DNA of 57,300 nucleotides. It comes from a virus. The stretch covers positions 1 through 57,300 of the IMG/VR virus record IMGVR_UViG_3300049199_000008; one strand, 5' to 3'. Every line of letters begins with the position of its first letter. The first letter of the stretch is position 1. The notes below the pieces were generated by a model. That model did no database searches. It was not told where the DNA came from and was given only the letters and a program-made list of their open reading frames with translations. Shown here one piece after another: positions 26,060 through 35,924 of the stretch. The position numbers and the translations under genes are program-made.

Positions 26060-27286
26060 TTACTCCGGTTTAATTGCAGGGCCGAACACCGCTGCGGGAT
26101 TGTTTTCAATTGCTGCGGTACGCTTATCGCCTTCGGGGGCAACTTCCAGCGCGCCTATTGGTTTTTCAGTTACCATATCAATAATTTCAGAGGGTAACAG
26201 TTTTTCTAATTCGCCCAGTGGTCGTGGTTTTTCCACAAACAGCGAGCCGCGTTCAACGCCGAACATCATAGCGATGCTTTCAAGTTCTTCAAACCGTTTT
26301 AAGCTGCGACGCGATACGCCGCGCACTACTTTAAAGCCTGGAACTATCTGACCGTCTTTGATCATGCTGAGCGCTTGCATTTTTAACACGGTTTTCATCG
26401 TGTCGCTAGTCTCGTTAAGACCTAACACCAGCGATAGGCGTTCACCGACTTCAGCAGGTGTTAGCGTTTGCGGTGCGTCGAGCACTGTCATTTGTCGCAT
26501 TAATTCCTCCAGTTTTGCAGGACATAGGCCAGCAGCATCACAGGTTTTACACCACGGACCTACGTTTAAAGGCGCGTCGGGCTGGTTAGACTGCCACACC
26601 GCATAGATAAACACTGAACGCCAGTAATTTATCATGGCGGTATCCACATTCCACACCCGTACAGTTTCGCCGTATAAGTCGCGTGGCTGTACGACGACCA
26701 GTGTGGCAGAGTCGATATAGCGCAGCGTTTCATGGTCTAACAATGCGCCAATCAGCTGCGGGTTGTTTTCCGCCTCTACGCGTCTGTGGCCGTATTTAAA
26801 CTCAAACACATAAGCGTGTCGCGCCGTACCACGGATAACACGGTAATCCGACCGACCGGTAAGCCCCCAGCGTTTATGTACCGGTAAGCCCCTGTCACAA
26901 CGCCAGATGCGACCCGCCGCGTCAGTCACCCAGTCCTCTGGGTTAGCATCAGTTAAACGGTAATCGTCCAGTATCCAGCTGAGGTGGGCTTCACGCTCAG
27001 CCTGTAAATAGTCCGGCTCCATACCTGTGACAGTGCGGATCGTATCTATATACAGTGTGGCGGCTGACATCATTTCATCGTCAACGATCACACCATACGG
27101 GCCTGACTCGCCTACAAACACAGGGTCTTGCCTTAATAACTTACCGATAAGCCAGTCGGCTGTACGCCCTTCACGCTTTTTACGCTCGCGGTCAGCGTCG
27201 GGTTCGAGCTTTACGCGCGGTGTGAGTGAAAGGCTGCCGGGGCAGCCAATCGCCCTTTCCGCGTTGTGAAGGCGGAAAAGTTCCAT
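26060..27286 (-). CDS. PD-(D/E)XK exonuclease, DUF2800 / Cas4-like
   Basis: YVFEFKYG core and the C-terminal Cys cluster WCKTCDAAGLCP. Conserved synteny with a DUF2815-like gene. Confidence 0.65.
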   Translation of the reverse strand: MELFRLHNAERAIGCPGSLSLTPRVKLEPDADRERKKREGRTADWLIGKLLRQDPVFVGESGPYGVIVDDEMMSAATLYIDTIRTVTGMEPDYLQAEREAHLSWILDDYRLTDANPEDWVTDAAGRIWRCDRGLPVHKRWGLTGRSDYRVIRGTARHAYVFEFKYGHRRVEAENNPQLIGALLDHETLRYIDSATLVVVQPRDLYGETVRVWNVDTAMINYWRSVFIYAVWQSNQPDAPLNVGPWCKTCDAAGLCPAKLEELMRQMTVLDAPQTLTPAEVGERLSLVLGLNETSDTMKTVLKMQALSMIKDGQIVPGFKVVRGVSRRSLKRFEELESIAMMFGVERGSLFVEKPRPLGELEKLLPSEIIDMVTEKPIGALEVAPEGDKRTAAIENNPAAVFGPAIKPE

Positions 27287-27287
27287 A

Positions 27288-28046
27288 CTACACCAGACCC
27301 GCTGCGATTGCTTCAGCGTTGGTAGGGTCGGCGATCATCCGCTGCATACGGTTGTAGCACTCGTCGACTTTATCCGCTGGGACTTGGTGGACACCCGCCA
27401 CGCCGTAGCCTTGGATCAGTTGCATCAGGATAGGCGCAGCTTTACCAACACCCAGCGCGTTGTTCAGTGCTGACAGGACTTTGGTTAATACGCCCTGTAA
27501 CTCTGCGTGCGTTTTTCCGGTTTCCGCGCTGACTGGAGCTGCTTGAGGCGCTGGAGCTGCTTGAGGCGCTGGAGCTGCTTGAGGCGCTGGAGCTGCTTGA
27601 GGCGCTGGAGCTGCTTGAGGCGCGCTCGGGGCCGGCGGTGGTGCGACAGGCGTCTCAACAACAGGGGCAACATGACCCACGACCTGAGGTGCTGGAGCGC
27701 TTACGGCGCCTTTAAGCTGTGCGTAAATTTCGTTGTAGTAATCGTCAGTAATGTTTTTACGACGTTTCCAGGTGCCATCAGCTTTGAAAGGTACTTTTGC
27801 TTTGGCGTGGATACGCTCGTCAAACGCGATACCCTCTTTATCCACAGTACCGTCTGCCACAACCGCTGAGTCTGCGTCGTCGTCAGCGTCTGTTACTGAG
27901 GCGGCTACCAGTGGCGCTGGTGCTGGCGTTACAACTGGAGCGCTTACTGTGGCAGTCTGAGCGCCGTTAAAATATCCTGCAAGTCCTAAAAACTGCTGTA
28001 CGGTTTCAGCTGCATCAGTACCAGTTACTTTAATTTCTATCGTCAT
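27288..28046 (-). CDS. Hypothetical protein with AP-rich linkers
   Basis: Start MTIEIKV at ATG 28046 (GGAGAC SD). DKEGIAFDERIHAKAKVPFKADGTWKRR motif. APAPQA x5. Confidence 0.6.
   Translation of the reverse strand: MTIEIKVTGTDAAETVQQFLGLAGYFNGAQTATVSAPVVTPAPAPLVAASVTDADDDADSAVVADGTVDKEGIAFDERIHAKAKVPFKADGTWKRRKNITDDYYNEIYAQLKGAVSAPAPQVVGHVAPVVETPVAPPPAPSAPQAAPAPQAAPAPQAAPAPQAAPAPQAAPVSAETGKTHAELQGVLTKVLSALNNALGVGKAAPILMQLIQGYGVAGVHQVPADKVDECYNRMQRMIADPTNAEAIAAGLV
27533..27622 (-). repeat. 18-bp in-frame tandem repeat (ctggagctgcttgaggcg x5) coding APAPQA x5
   Basis: Perfect copies read directly from the sequence. Confidence 0.9.
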
Positions 28047-28093
28047 GGTTGTCTCCGTTGGGTTAAATGACCAGACAAATGCTAAAATAGTAA

Positions 28094-28122
28094 TTGACAA
28101 AACGCAAGATAAATTTTAAAGT
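28094..28122 (+). promoter_or_regulatory. Sigma70-type promoter with TAAAATAGTA upstream element
   Basis: TTGACA (28094-28099), 17 nt, TAAAGT (28117-28122). Preceded by gctaaaatagtaa. Confidence 0.55.
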
Positions 28123-28144
28123 TTTTCACAACGGAGGATATTTG

Positions 28145-28270
28145 ATGTTTATGATACTATTACCAATTGCTTATTTTATGTGGGCGACTCGCCGCGGACG
28201 CGGCGCCTTTACTAATGTTTTACGCGGGTTATCAGTGCTGGTAGCCCTTATTTATCTCTGGAGCTTATGA
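28145..28270 (+). CDS. Small membrane peptide, 41 aa
   Basis: GGAGGA SD. MFMILLPIAYFMWATRRGRG...VLVALIYLWSL. Confidence 0.45.
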   Translation: MFMILLPIAYFMWATRRGRGAFTNVLRGLSVLVALIYLWSL

Positions 28271-28434
28271 TGGATACCGTCACTATAATCAACCAACAGC
28301 GCGACCACATAGCAAACCTACAATCAGCGCTCGACGCTGTAACCGCGCATCAGCCGCCTATCGCTGCCTGGTTATTCGGTTACGCTGCTGCCATCATTAC
28401 GGGCTTCGTGGCAGGTGTGTGGTATGCCCAGTAA
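28267..28434 (+). CDS. Small C-tail-anchored peptide, 55 aa
   Basis: ATGA overlap with the upstream peptide. C-terminal IAAWLFGYAAAIITGFVAGVW. Confidence 0.45.
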   Translation: MMDTVTIINQQRDHIANLQSALDAVTAHQPPIAAWLFGYAAAIITGFVAGVWYAQ

Positions 28435-30085
28435 GTTTCCGCTGCGTTACTACCAGCAAGATATGGTCGACCGCATTAATCAGTCGTGGGATTACGGCGC
28501 GGATGATGTCATGCCTGTATTACCCACGGGCAGCGGTAAGACGCGCATCATGGCAGAATTCGGTCATAAGTCCGGCGTTAAAATATTTCAGGCCCACCGC
28601 CGCGAACTGGTGGCGCAGATAGCGCTGGCCATTGCTAAAGAGCAGTTACCGTTCAGATTCCTTACGAAAGATAAGGGGCTTGTTAACTTCGTCACTAAGC
28701 AGCAAATGGAGAAGCTGGGTTACACCACGTACAGCCCTACGGCGCCCAATATCGTTACGAGCGCTCAGACCCTTGACCGCTGGAACACCGAGCCGTGGTT
28801 TAACGACGTAAAGTATTTCTTCAGCGATGAGGGGCACCACGGGCTGCGCGAATCCATATGGGGCCGCAACCGTGCTAAGTTTGCTCACGCTAAAGCACTG
28901 TGGCCAACTGCCACACCTATCAGAGCTGACGGCGCTGGCCTTGGTCGTGACTATGACGGCTTTATCGACGATATACTGATCGGCCCCAGTATGCGGACGC
29001 TTATTGATGAGCGGCATTTAGCTGATTACGATATTGTCATGGACGAGACAGACATTGACCTATCTCGGGTAGCGATATCCGCCACAACAGGCGATTACGT
29101 AGAGGGGCAGCTGGCCAAGGCGTTAAAGGAATCCCGCATTTGTGGCGATACCGTCGAGTCATACCAGCGTTACGCATCTGGTAAGCTGACCGTAGTGTTT
29201 ACCGCCGATGTGGATTTAGCCGAAGATCAAGCCGCTAAGTTCCGCGATGCTGGTATTCCTGCAGAAGCGATAAGCTCCCGTAACAGTGATAAAGAGCGCT
29301 CAGATATTCTACGCCGCTTTGAGCGACGGGAAACGCTGGTGCTGGTTAATAACGACCTGTTCGGCGAGGGCTTTGACTGTCCTGAAATTGAATGCGTTAT
29401 CTTTGACCGCCACACTGAGTCCTACGGGTTGTTCGTTCAGCAATGGGGCCGTGCGCTGCGGTATGTTGCTGGTAAACGCGCGCTGATAATCGACAAGGTA
29501 GGTAACACCCGTAAATTCCTTGCGCGCGGCTACCCATTACCGGATAACCACCATACATGGTCATTAGAGCGGCGCGACCGTAAAGGTGGTGGTAGTGCTG
29601 CGGTTGCTGATGGTAACACGATGTGTACTAACGTACCGACTTGCGGCTTTCCGTACCCTGCGGGGCTTGCGGCTTGCCCGTACTGTGGTTGCGCGCCGAT
29701 AAAGCAGGAGCGCAGCGGGCCGGAACGGGTTGACGGCGACTTGCGGCTACTGTCACCTGCTGAACTGGAGGAATTGCGGCGCGCTCTGGTAGCCGTATCG
29801 CAAGACCCTGCTCAGGTTAGGGATAGGATGCTGGCGGCTGGTGCATCGGATATAGTGGCTCACAGCGCCGCTAAGCAGATTCGGGTGCGTGCGGAGGCCC
29901 GCCAGCGCCTGGAGAAGTCGATAAACGTCTGGGCGGGTATCCACAGAGACTTAGGTGTTGCTGAGTCGGATGCTTACACGTTATTTTATAAAGCGTATGG
30001 GGTTGATACTCTTAGCGCATTAACAGGTTCTGCCAGCGATATGCGGCAGTTAGCAGATAAACTATACGGGGTAACTGGGGTATGA
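28424..30085 (+). CDS. SF2 DEAD/DEAH-type helicase with a C-terminal zinc ribbon
   Basis: LPTGSGKT (motif I), SDEGHH (motif II), QQWGRALR (motif VI), CPYCGC. Confidence 0.85.
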   Translation: MPSKFPLRYYQQDMVDRINQSWDYGADDVMPVLPTGSGKTRIMAEFGHKSGVKIFQAHRRELVAQIALAIAKEQLPFRFLTKDKGLVNFVTKQQMEKLGYTTYSPTAPNIVTSAQTLDRWNTEPWFNDVKYFFSDEGHHGLRESIWGRNRAKFAHAKALWPTATPIRADGAGLGRDYDGFIDDILIGPSMRTLIDERHLADYDIVMDETDIDLSRVAISATTGDYVEGQLAKALKESRICGDTVESYQRYASGKLTVVFTADVDLAEDQAAKFRDAGIPAEAISSRNSDKERSDILRRFERRETLVLVNNDLFGEGFDCPEIECVIFDRHTESYGLFVQQWGRALRYVAGKRALIIDKVGNTRKFLARGYPLPDNHHTWSLERRDRKGGGSAAVADGNTMCTNVPTCGFPYPAGLAACPYCGCAPIKQERSGPERVDGDLRLLSPAELEELRRALVAVSQDPAQVRDRMLAAGASDIVAHSAAKQIRVRAEARQRLEKSINVWAGIHRDLGVAESDAYTLFYKAYGVDTLSALTGSASDMRQLADKLYGVTGV

Positions 30086-30339
30086 TAGATAGCAGGCAGC
30101 AGTTTGAGCAGTGGTATAAAGAAAAGTACACTAAAAACGTACAGCGTATTGGTGACGAATACGTCCACGGAGCGACTGAACGTTTATGGCAGGCGTGGCA
30201 GGCTTCACGCACCCATTGTACTGTGGATTTACCTATCGCTTTTGACGCCTCAAGGGACGACGCTCCATATTATCTTTTTGCATACAAGCAATCAGATATT
30301 GAACAAGCCTTAGACAATGCTGGGGTATCGTACCAATGA
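30082..30339 (+). CDS. Hypothetical protein
   Basis: ORF track, 85 aa. Overlap-coupled on both sides. Confidence 0.55.
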   Translation: MIDSRQQFEQWYKEKYTKNVQRIGDEYVHGATERLWQAWQASRTHCTVDLPIAFDASRDDAPYYLFAYKQSDIEQALDNAGVSYQ

Positions 30340-30851
30340 CCGACATACAACAATGGCTACACGCCTACGTACACCCGTCACTGCACGCCGAAGCGCTGGC
30401 CGACCTCGCAGCGCTGTACGCTAACGAGCCACCACCAGACTCTGATCACACCAGTGAGACAGGCGTACAGAATGCAACAGTGCGACTGTCCGGCCAGTAC
30501 CGACAGCGCTTGTGGCGGAATAACAGCGGCGCTACTGTGGACGACCAAGGGCGGCAGATCCGTTACGGGTTGGGTAACACCTCTAAGCGGATTAACGCTG
30601 TGTTTAAATCCAGTGACTATATCGGGATTACCACAATCACTGTCACACCGGATATGGTAGGTCAGCGGCTTGGCGTGTTTACAGCGCTGGAGTTTAAAAA
30701 GCCCGCGTGGAAACTAACACCAGGCGATAAACGCGGGCAGGCACAGGCAGCATTCGGGCAGGTAGTGATAGGAGCGGGCGGGATATTTAGTTTTATATCC
30801 GACCCTGCTCAGTACGTGGAATTATTGCGGCGGTATTCAGCGCTCGAATGA
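30336..30851 (+). CDS. VRR-NUC domain nuclease
   Basis: LWRNNSGA...SDYIGI...ALEFKKP is the pattern typical of VRR-NUC. Confidence 0.7.
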   Translation: MTDIQQWLHAYVHPSLHAEALADLAALYANEPPPDSDHTSETGVQNATVRLSGQYRQRLWRNNSGATVDDQGRQIRYGLGNTSKRINAVFKSSDYIGITTITVTPDMVGQRLGVFTALEFKKPAWKLTPGDKRGQAQAAFGQVVIGAGGIFSFISDPAQYVELLRRYSALE

Positions 30852-31106
30852 CGTATCATCAAGTAAGCGGCGGAAAGTCTTTTTGAATTCCGCCATTTTT
30901 GTTTCACGGTCTATAGCGGTTTCCAGCTCTTCGAGAAGGTTTTGAGCAAAGTAAATCTGTTCCCGCAGGTGTTCAGTTTCCTTTTCCACAGCGTCATCAA
31001 TGACCGATTGTTGGTCTTGCTGCCAGCGCTCTATTATGGGTAACAGCGCTTCAGGTACCGCTCCCATGCGGATCAATTCATCCAGTGTTAGGTTAGATGG
31101 CAACAT
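30837..31106 (-). CDS. Hypothetical coiled-coil protein, antisense cassette 3
   Basis: ORF track, 89 aa. Its 3' end overlaps the VRR-NUC gene by 15 nt. Confidence 0.55.
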   Translation of the reverse strand: MLPSNLTLDELIRMGAVPEALLPIIERWQQDQQSVIDDAVEKETEHLREQIYFAQNLLEELETAIDRETKMAEFKKTFRRLLDDTSFER

Positions 31107-31713
31107 GTGACGACTCCGAGTTATAAAACGATTTTACAAATTCCCTAACACTATCAGCAGAATTAAATACTGTATGTTTAGCCGCGAGAGGGCTACTATT
31201 AGTGTATAGTAAAGTGTGGTCTTGAAGTTGATACCCTTCTTTGACTAACCATGATGCCCGCTGTCCTTTGGGGACAAACATAGTGTGTAGCTCAGCTCTG
31301 TGCATGAATACACCAAAACCGCCATACAAGGGGTTAATTTCCTTTAAGCGAAGATTGGATTTACCTAACCACTCAGATCCTTGACCATCAGTAAACTTAT
31401 ACTTACTACACTCAAAACCTTCTAAGGATTCCCCAAATGTAGCGTTTATAGCCACGCCTGTAATACCTTTAATGAGTAAATCATACCTGTGGTCATGCAC
31501 TCCTACTTGTAACGCCATGTTGTGAAAGCTCAAATTACCATAAAGGTGGTGGTTGCGGTCAGCTAAAAAGCACCGAGTGAGACGACCCGAATCGTTCTTT
31601 AATACAATACTGTGGACTCCGATTACATGACAATTAAAGCGACTCATCAATAGGTCATCATCTGTCGCCTGATCAAGCATCTGTAATACTTTATTCATCA
31701 CCGTTTGCCCCAA
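31093..31713 (-). CDS. Hypothetical His-rich protein (possible cupin-like fold), antisense cassette 3
   Basis: ORF track. Motifs HHLYG, VHDHRYD, MHRAELH. Alternative ATG at 31698. Confidence 0.55.
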   Translation of the reverse strand: MGQTVMNKVLQMLDQATDDDLLMSRFNCHVIGVHSIVLKNDSGRLTRCFLADRNHHLYGNLSFHNMALQVGVHDHRYDLLIKGITGVAINATFGESLEGFECSKYKFTDGQGSEWLGKSNLRLKEINPLYGGFGVFMHRAELHTMFVPKGQRASWLVKEGYQLQDHTLLYTNSSPLAAKHTVFNSADSVREFVKSFYNSESSHVAI

Positions 31714-31746
31714 CTAACCGACCATCACCGCGCCAGCCATACCGAC

Positions 31747-31820
31747 AGACTACACGCCCCAATACTACCTGTCAACTATTATTTTAATTATAGCCACAAC
31801 CCGCCGCGCCCAGTTATACT
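31747..31820. promoter_or_regulatory. Divergent promoter cassette
   Basis: Minus strand: TTGACA (31775-31770), 17 nt, TAGTCT (31752-31747). Plus strand: -10 TATACT (31815-31820) with no clear -35. Confidence 0.5.
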
Positions 31821-31839
31821 AATTACCGGAGGTAACACT

Positions 31840-31995
31840 ATGGAATTAAAAACACTGGTAGACACTTACGGCGCTGACCGTGTGGCGGACGTGTTGGGCG
31901 TGACTACAGCGTACATTAAACGCTGTCTGGCCCCCAATGCGACAAGCCGCGTTCGCACCGTTAAGCTGGTCAACGCAGCTAAAAAACTAAAATAG
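31840..31995 (+). CDS. Small HTH (Cro-like) DNA-binding protein, 51 aa
   Basis: GGAGG SD. RVADVLGVTTAYIKRCL is HTH-like. Confidence 0.5.
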   Translation: MELKTLVDTYGADRVADVLGVTTAYIKRCLAPNATSRVRTVKLVNAAKKLK

Positions 31996-31998
31996 CGG

Positions 31999-32026
31999 TT
32001 GACAACAGCGCACAGTCGGTTATGCT
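31999..32026 (+). promoter_or_regulatory. Sigma70-type promoter with CTAAAATAG upstream element
   Basis: TTGACA (31999-32004), 16 nt, TATGCT (32021-32026). Confidence 0.55.
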
Positions 32027-32060
32027 GACTGTGCGTTTAATTTTCTCGGAGCATAAATAT

Positions 32061-32480
32061 ATGAGATTCGCCGATGTTAAAGTAGGTGATGTGGTATTCG
32101 TCCCGCACGAGTCCGGTTTAAATCACGGTTGGGGTAAAACTGCATACAGAGAAGTATTCTGGGTAGCTGCTACAGTTGATAAAGTTACTAATACGCAGTT
32201 TACCGCTGGTGGTTTACGTTTTAAAAAGTCTGGTGCCGGCGTCGGGCATTCTGCTTACGCTTATAAATCTGGCGAACAATATAGCGGCGGCGTAACAGTA
32301 CCGTCACAATGTCAAAGTGAAGATAAAAAGCGCCACCAAAGGAGCTTACGACTATTAGCCGAGGTTCGTGGTATCCAGCTTGATATCCACGCCGCGCCAA
32401 GCCTTGAAGTAGCTTTACGCGCCGCTGTATTAATCCGTGAAGCCCACACTCTGCTGCCTGACGCGGGTGACGACGTATGA
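32061..32480 (+). CDS. Hypothetical protein
   Basis: ATG 32061 (MRFADVKVGD) follows GGAG. The track start 32022 lies inside the promoter -10. Confidence 0.55.
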   Translation: MRFADVKVGDVVFVPHESGLNHGWGKTAYREVFWVAATVDKVTNTQFTAGGLRFKKSGAGVGHSAYAYKSGEQYSGGVTVPSQCQSEDKKRHQRSLRLLAEVRGIQLDIHAAPSLEVALRAAVLIREAHTLLPDAGDDV

Positions 32481-33025
32481 CCACATACCACCACATGATC
32501 GACCTTGAAACCATCGACACTGCTACCACTGCGGGTATCCTATCGGTCGGTATCGTTGCGTTTAATCCAGACACAGGTGACATCGGGCCGACACTGTACC
32601 GCCGCCTTGGGTACGATCAGGCGCGGTTATTCGGTACGGAGTCTGCTGATACCCTACAGTGGTGGCAGCGCCAGTCAGCGAGCGTACGCGCTGAAGCATT
32701 CGCCGCAGAGCATGACGCTATTATCTCCGCCCACGAGATAGCCGATTTCATCCGTCACACAGCAGGCGTATGGGGAAACGGTGCTACGTTTGATATCAGC
32801 ATCATTGAGTACTGGCTGGCCGCTACTGGCGCGGGTGTACCTTACAAGCCGTGGGTCGTGCGTGACTGTCGCACCGTTGAGGATATGGCTAAACGTATCG
32901 GTATTGCCCGTAAGCAGTTTATCCGCCGTGGTGATCACCATAACGCGCTGGACGATGCTATCTATCAAGCTGAGTACATTAGCGGGATGTGGCGGGGATT
33001 GACACAGGTGAGGGCGGCGGTATGA
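32477..33025 (+). CDS. DEDDh 3'-5' exonuclease (DnaQ-like)
   Basis: IDLETID (Exo I), GNGATFD (Exo II), HNALDDAIYQA (Exo III). Confidence 0.75.
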   Translation: MTTYHHMIDLETIDTATTAGILSVGIVAFNPDTGDIGPTLYRRLGYDQARLFGTESADTLQWWQRQSASVRAEAFAAEHDAIISAHEIADFIRHTAGVWGNGATFDISIIEYWLAATGAGVPYKPWVVRDCRTVEDMAKRIGIARKQFIRRGDHHNALDDAIYQAEYISGMWRGLTQVRAAV

Positions 33026-33312
33026 GAACGATGCCTAACTATCTTGAATTGTCTAAAGGCTGTTGCAAAGGTTGCCCGTTTAACGATGGTCTGACTGACG
33101 AAGCTTCTATCATTCAGAATTATGGTTGCCTACCTGATAAGTTTGATATAGTGGAAAACCACGAAAAACTAAATCAAGTGTGGGCTTGTCACGCTAAGCC
33201 ACATAAAGTTTGTCGTGGTTTAATAAACCATTGCAATGCCGAGAAATTACCAGTACCCGACCACCCAACAGCTGGGGAGACTTTCGGGGAATGGGGAGCG
33301 CCCACTGAATGA
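33022..33312 (+). CDS. Cys-rich small protein
   Basis: ATGA overlap with the upstream gene. CCKGCPF...GCLP...CH...C...HC. Confidence 0.55.
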   Translation: MRTMPNYLELSKGCCKGCPFNDGLTDEASIIQNYGCLPDKFDIVENHEKLNQVWACHAKPHKVCRGLINHCNAEKLPVPDHPTAGETFGEWGAPTE

Positions 33313-35690
33313 ACCTCGATAATTTACAACAAGCCGCCGCTGGCGGCCTTTCTATCCTTACGCTTTATCCGCAGTGGATGTGCTGGAAAGCTATACCGCC
33401 GGACGCCGATAACGCCCGCTGGAAAAAAGAGCTGGTAAACCCTCATACTGGGTATCGCGCCAGCCCCACTGATCCTGCTACATGGTCAGACTACGCTACC
33501 GCGCTTGCTTACGCCACGGCTAACGATATCGGTGTCGGCTTTGCGTTTACCGCAGACGATCCATTCTTTTTCGTTGACGTGGACGACTGTTACAACCATG
33601 ACACCGGCTGGTCGCCTATAGCTATAGAACTCTGTCAGCGGTTGCATGGCGCTTTTATGGAAGCGTCTGTATCTGGTACGGGTTTACACATTATCGGCGT
33701 CGGTAAGCGTCCTGACGGCTATATGGTGAAAGCGCCTATAGGCTTCGACGTGTACGAATGGGGGCGTTGGGTCGCTCTTACCGGTAACAGCGCCCAGGGT
33801 GATGCCAGCTTTGACCACAGTGTCGAGATTAACCGCATTGTGACGTCCTATATGCGACCTAAAGACACCAGTACCGCCAGTGAGTGGTCTGCGGGCCCCG
33901 TTGCGGAGTGGTCAGGGTATGCCGATGACGCCGAGCTGATCGCCGCTGCCCGCCGATCCAAGTCTGTGGCGGGCACGTTCGCTGGTAAAGCAACGTTCGA
34001 CGACCTGTGGTCTGCTAACACCGACGCACTGACGGCCAGTTATCCACATGACGCTAAGCCCGATACCTACGATGCCAGCGCCTGTGATGCTGCTTTATGC
34101 CAGCATTTAGCGTTCTGGACGGGTAAAGACTGTGAGCGCATCGACCGGTTATTCAGGCAGTCTGCGCTGATGCGTGACAAGTGGAACGACCGCCAGCAGT
34201 ACCGTGAAGATACAATTAACGGAGCGGTCAGCCGTTGCCGTTCAGTACACCAGCGGCCTCAGACGCCCGCCGAGCTGACTCATGCTGCTGTTAGCGCCCC
34301 AGTGCCGTCAGCCGCTGTCCGCCCACGTTACGCTTCCATAGTGAGCGGTCAGGGTGTGTATGGCGATGGTAAGGACACGCAGAACGCTGCTACGTTTATG
34401 CAGTGCTGGTATCCTGATAACACGCTGGTATTCGTCAAAGAGCAGGCGTACCGCTTTAACGGGCAGGTATGGGAGCTGGTTGATGAAGAAACGCTCAAGC
34501 ACGAGCTGACTGTGGCTATGTGGGCCAGCGAGCCGAAAGACGCGACTATTAACTCGGCGTTCCGCATGCTGCAAAAGCGTTGCACCGCACCGCACTTAAA
34601 GCCAGGTCATTGGGAAGGCCGCAACGTGAAGCATTTAACGGCGTGCCAAAACGGTATACTTGATGTCCACACAGGACAGCTTGAGCCGCATACGCCGCTA
34701 TTCTTCACTACCAGTATATTGCCGTACAGCTACACGCCGTCGGCCACTGCTCCAAACTGGCTGGAATTCCTGACAGCGGTATTCGAGGGTGACGCTCAGC
34801 GTGTGGCACTACTGCAGGAGTGGTTGGGCTATCAGCTTGTGACGGACTACAGCCATCATAAAGCGATGTTACTGGTTGGTGCGCCGCGTTCAGGTAAGGG
34901 CACTATTGGCCGCATACTGAACGCACTGGTCGGCGACTCGGCGTTTATGGGGATGACGTTAGACGGCTTCGCTCAGGATAAAACAATGGAAGCCGCTTTA
35001 AATAAATCCGTACTGTTTATCGGGGACGCCCACAGTGTATCGGGGCCGGACCGTAACCGGATCCTTGACAGACTTATGTCGATTACAGGTAACGACTCGC
35101 TAACGGTCGGGCGCTTATATAAGCAGTCATTCACCGGACAGTTACCAGGGCGTATTACTATAGCGGCCAACACCATACCGACATTCTTCGATGAGTCGGG
35201 TGCGTTCGGCAACCGGTTATTACTGTTACCGTTCAACCGCTCATGGCTTGGATCAGAGGACCCAACGTTGTTACAGCGGCTTATGGATGAGTTACCAGGT
35301 ATATGTAACTGGGCAATTGAAGGGTTACAGCGTCTACGGGCAACGGGCCGATTCACTGAGCCAGCGATATGCCGTGAAGAACGCGACGATATGATGGAGC
35401 AGCAAGCACCGTTATTGGCATTTATCCGTGCTGAGTGTGAACTGGGCGCTGGTTTAAAAGTGGGTAGCACTGACCTGTATAACCGTTATAGTCTGTGGTG
35501 TACGCAAAACCAGATGAAAGCTGGCAACCATAATAAATTTGCTCGCGAGCTTAAATCCACATTGCGTGGTCGCGGCGTGGTTAAAAAGCCGATTTACGTC
35601 GGCGGTAATACAGTGAACGGGTTCGAGGGCGTTGCACTGCGCGCCGTGGACGTAATGAGTAATGTAACGCCGATAGGGGCTGCGAGATGA
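33309..35690 (+). CDS. Primase-helicase (prim-pol/AEP N-terminus plus D5/P4-type SF3 helicase)
   Basis: FFFVDVDDC and SVSGTGLHIIG (AEP motifs). Walker A GAPRSGKGT. Confidence 0.85.
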   Translation: MNLDNLQQAAAGGLSILTLYPQWMCWKAIPPDADNARWKKELVNPHTGYRASPTDPATWSDYATALAYATANDIGVGFAFTADDPFFFVDVDDCYNHDTGWSPIAIELCQRLHGAFMEASVSGTGLHIIGVGKRPDGYMVKAPIGFDVYEWGRWVALTGNSAQGDASFDHSVEINRIVTSYMRPKDTSTASEWSAGPVAEWSGYADDAELIAAARRSKSVAGTFAGKATFDDLWSANTDALTASYPHDAKPDTYDASACDAALCQHLAFWTGKDCERIDRLFRQSALMRDKWNDRQQYREDTINGAVSRCRSVHQRPQTPAELTHAAVSAPVPSAAVRPRYASIVSGQGVYGDGKDTQNAATFMQCWYPDNTLVFVKEQAYRFNGQVWELVDEETLKHELTVAMWASEPKDATINSAFRMLQKRCTAPHLKPGHWEGRNVKHLTACQNGILDVHTGQLEPHTPLFFTTSILPYSYTPSATAPNWLEFLTAVFEGDAQRVALLQEWLGYQLVTDYSHHKAMLLVGAPRSGKGTIGRILNALVGDSAFMGMTLDGFAQDKTMEAALNKSVLFIGDAHSVSGPDRNRILDRLMSITGNDSLTVGRLYKQSFTGQLPGRITIAANTIPTFFDESGAFGNRLLLLPFNRSWLGSEDPTLLQRLMDELPGICNWAIEGLQRLRATGRFTEPAICREERDDMMEQQAPLLAFIRAECELGAGLKVGSTDLYNRYSLWCTQNQMKAGNHNKFARELKSTLRGRGVVKKPIYVGGNTVNGFEGVALRAVDVMSNVTPIGAAR

Positions 35691-35923
35691 GAGTAACGGT
35701 ATACACAGAAAAACCAAAATCCGGTAAAGGTAAATTGGCGTGGGAGAAATTTGAAAAACAAATGGGTCGCCCACCCTATAGCGTTGAATATTCACCTAAC
35801 TATGACCACGAGTATAAAGGCTGGATTTGTGAATACTTTCCGCCCGATGTATCAATCCCCATTCAGAGTGAGCAGGCTACACATGCTTTTTACTTAAGTA
35901 GTGAATTACAGGACACCGTATAA
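35687..35923 (+). CDS. Hypothetical protein
   Basis: ORF track, 78 aa; ATGA overlap. Confidence 0.55.
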   Translation: MRVTVYTEKPKSGKGKLAWEKFEKQMGRPPYSVEYSPNYDHEYKGWICEYFPPDVSIPIQSEQATHAFYLSSELQDTV

Positions 35924-35924
35924 C

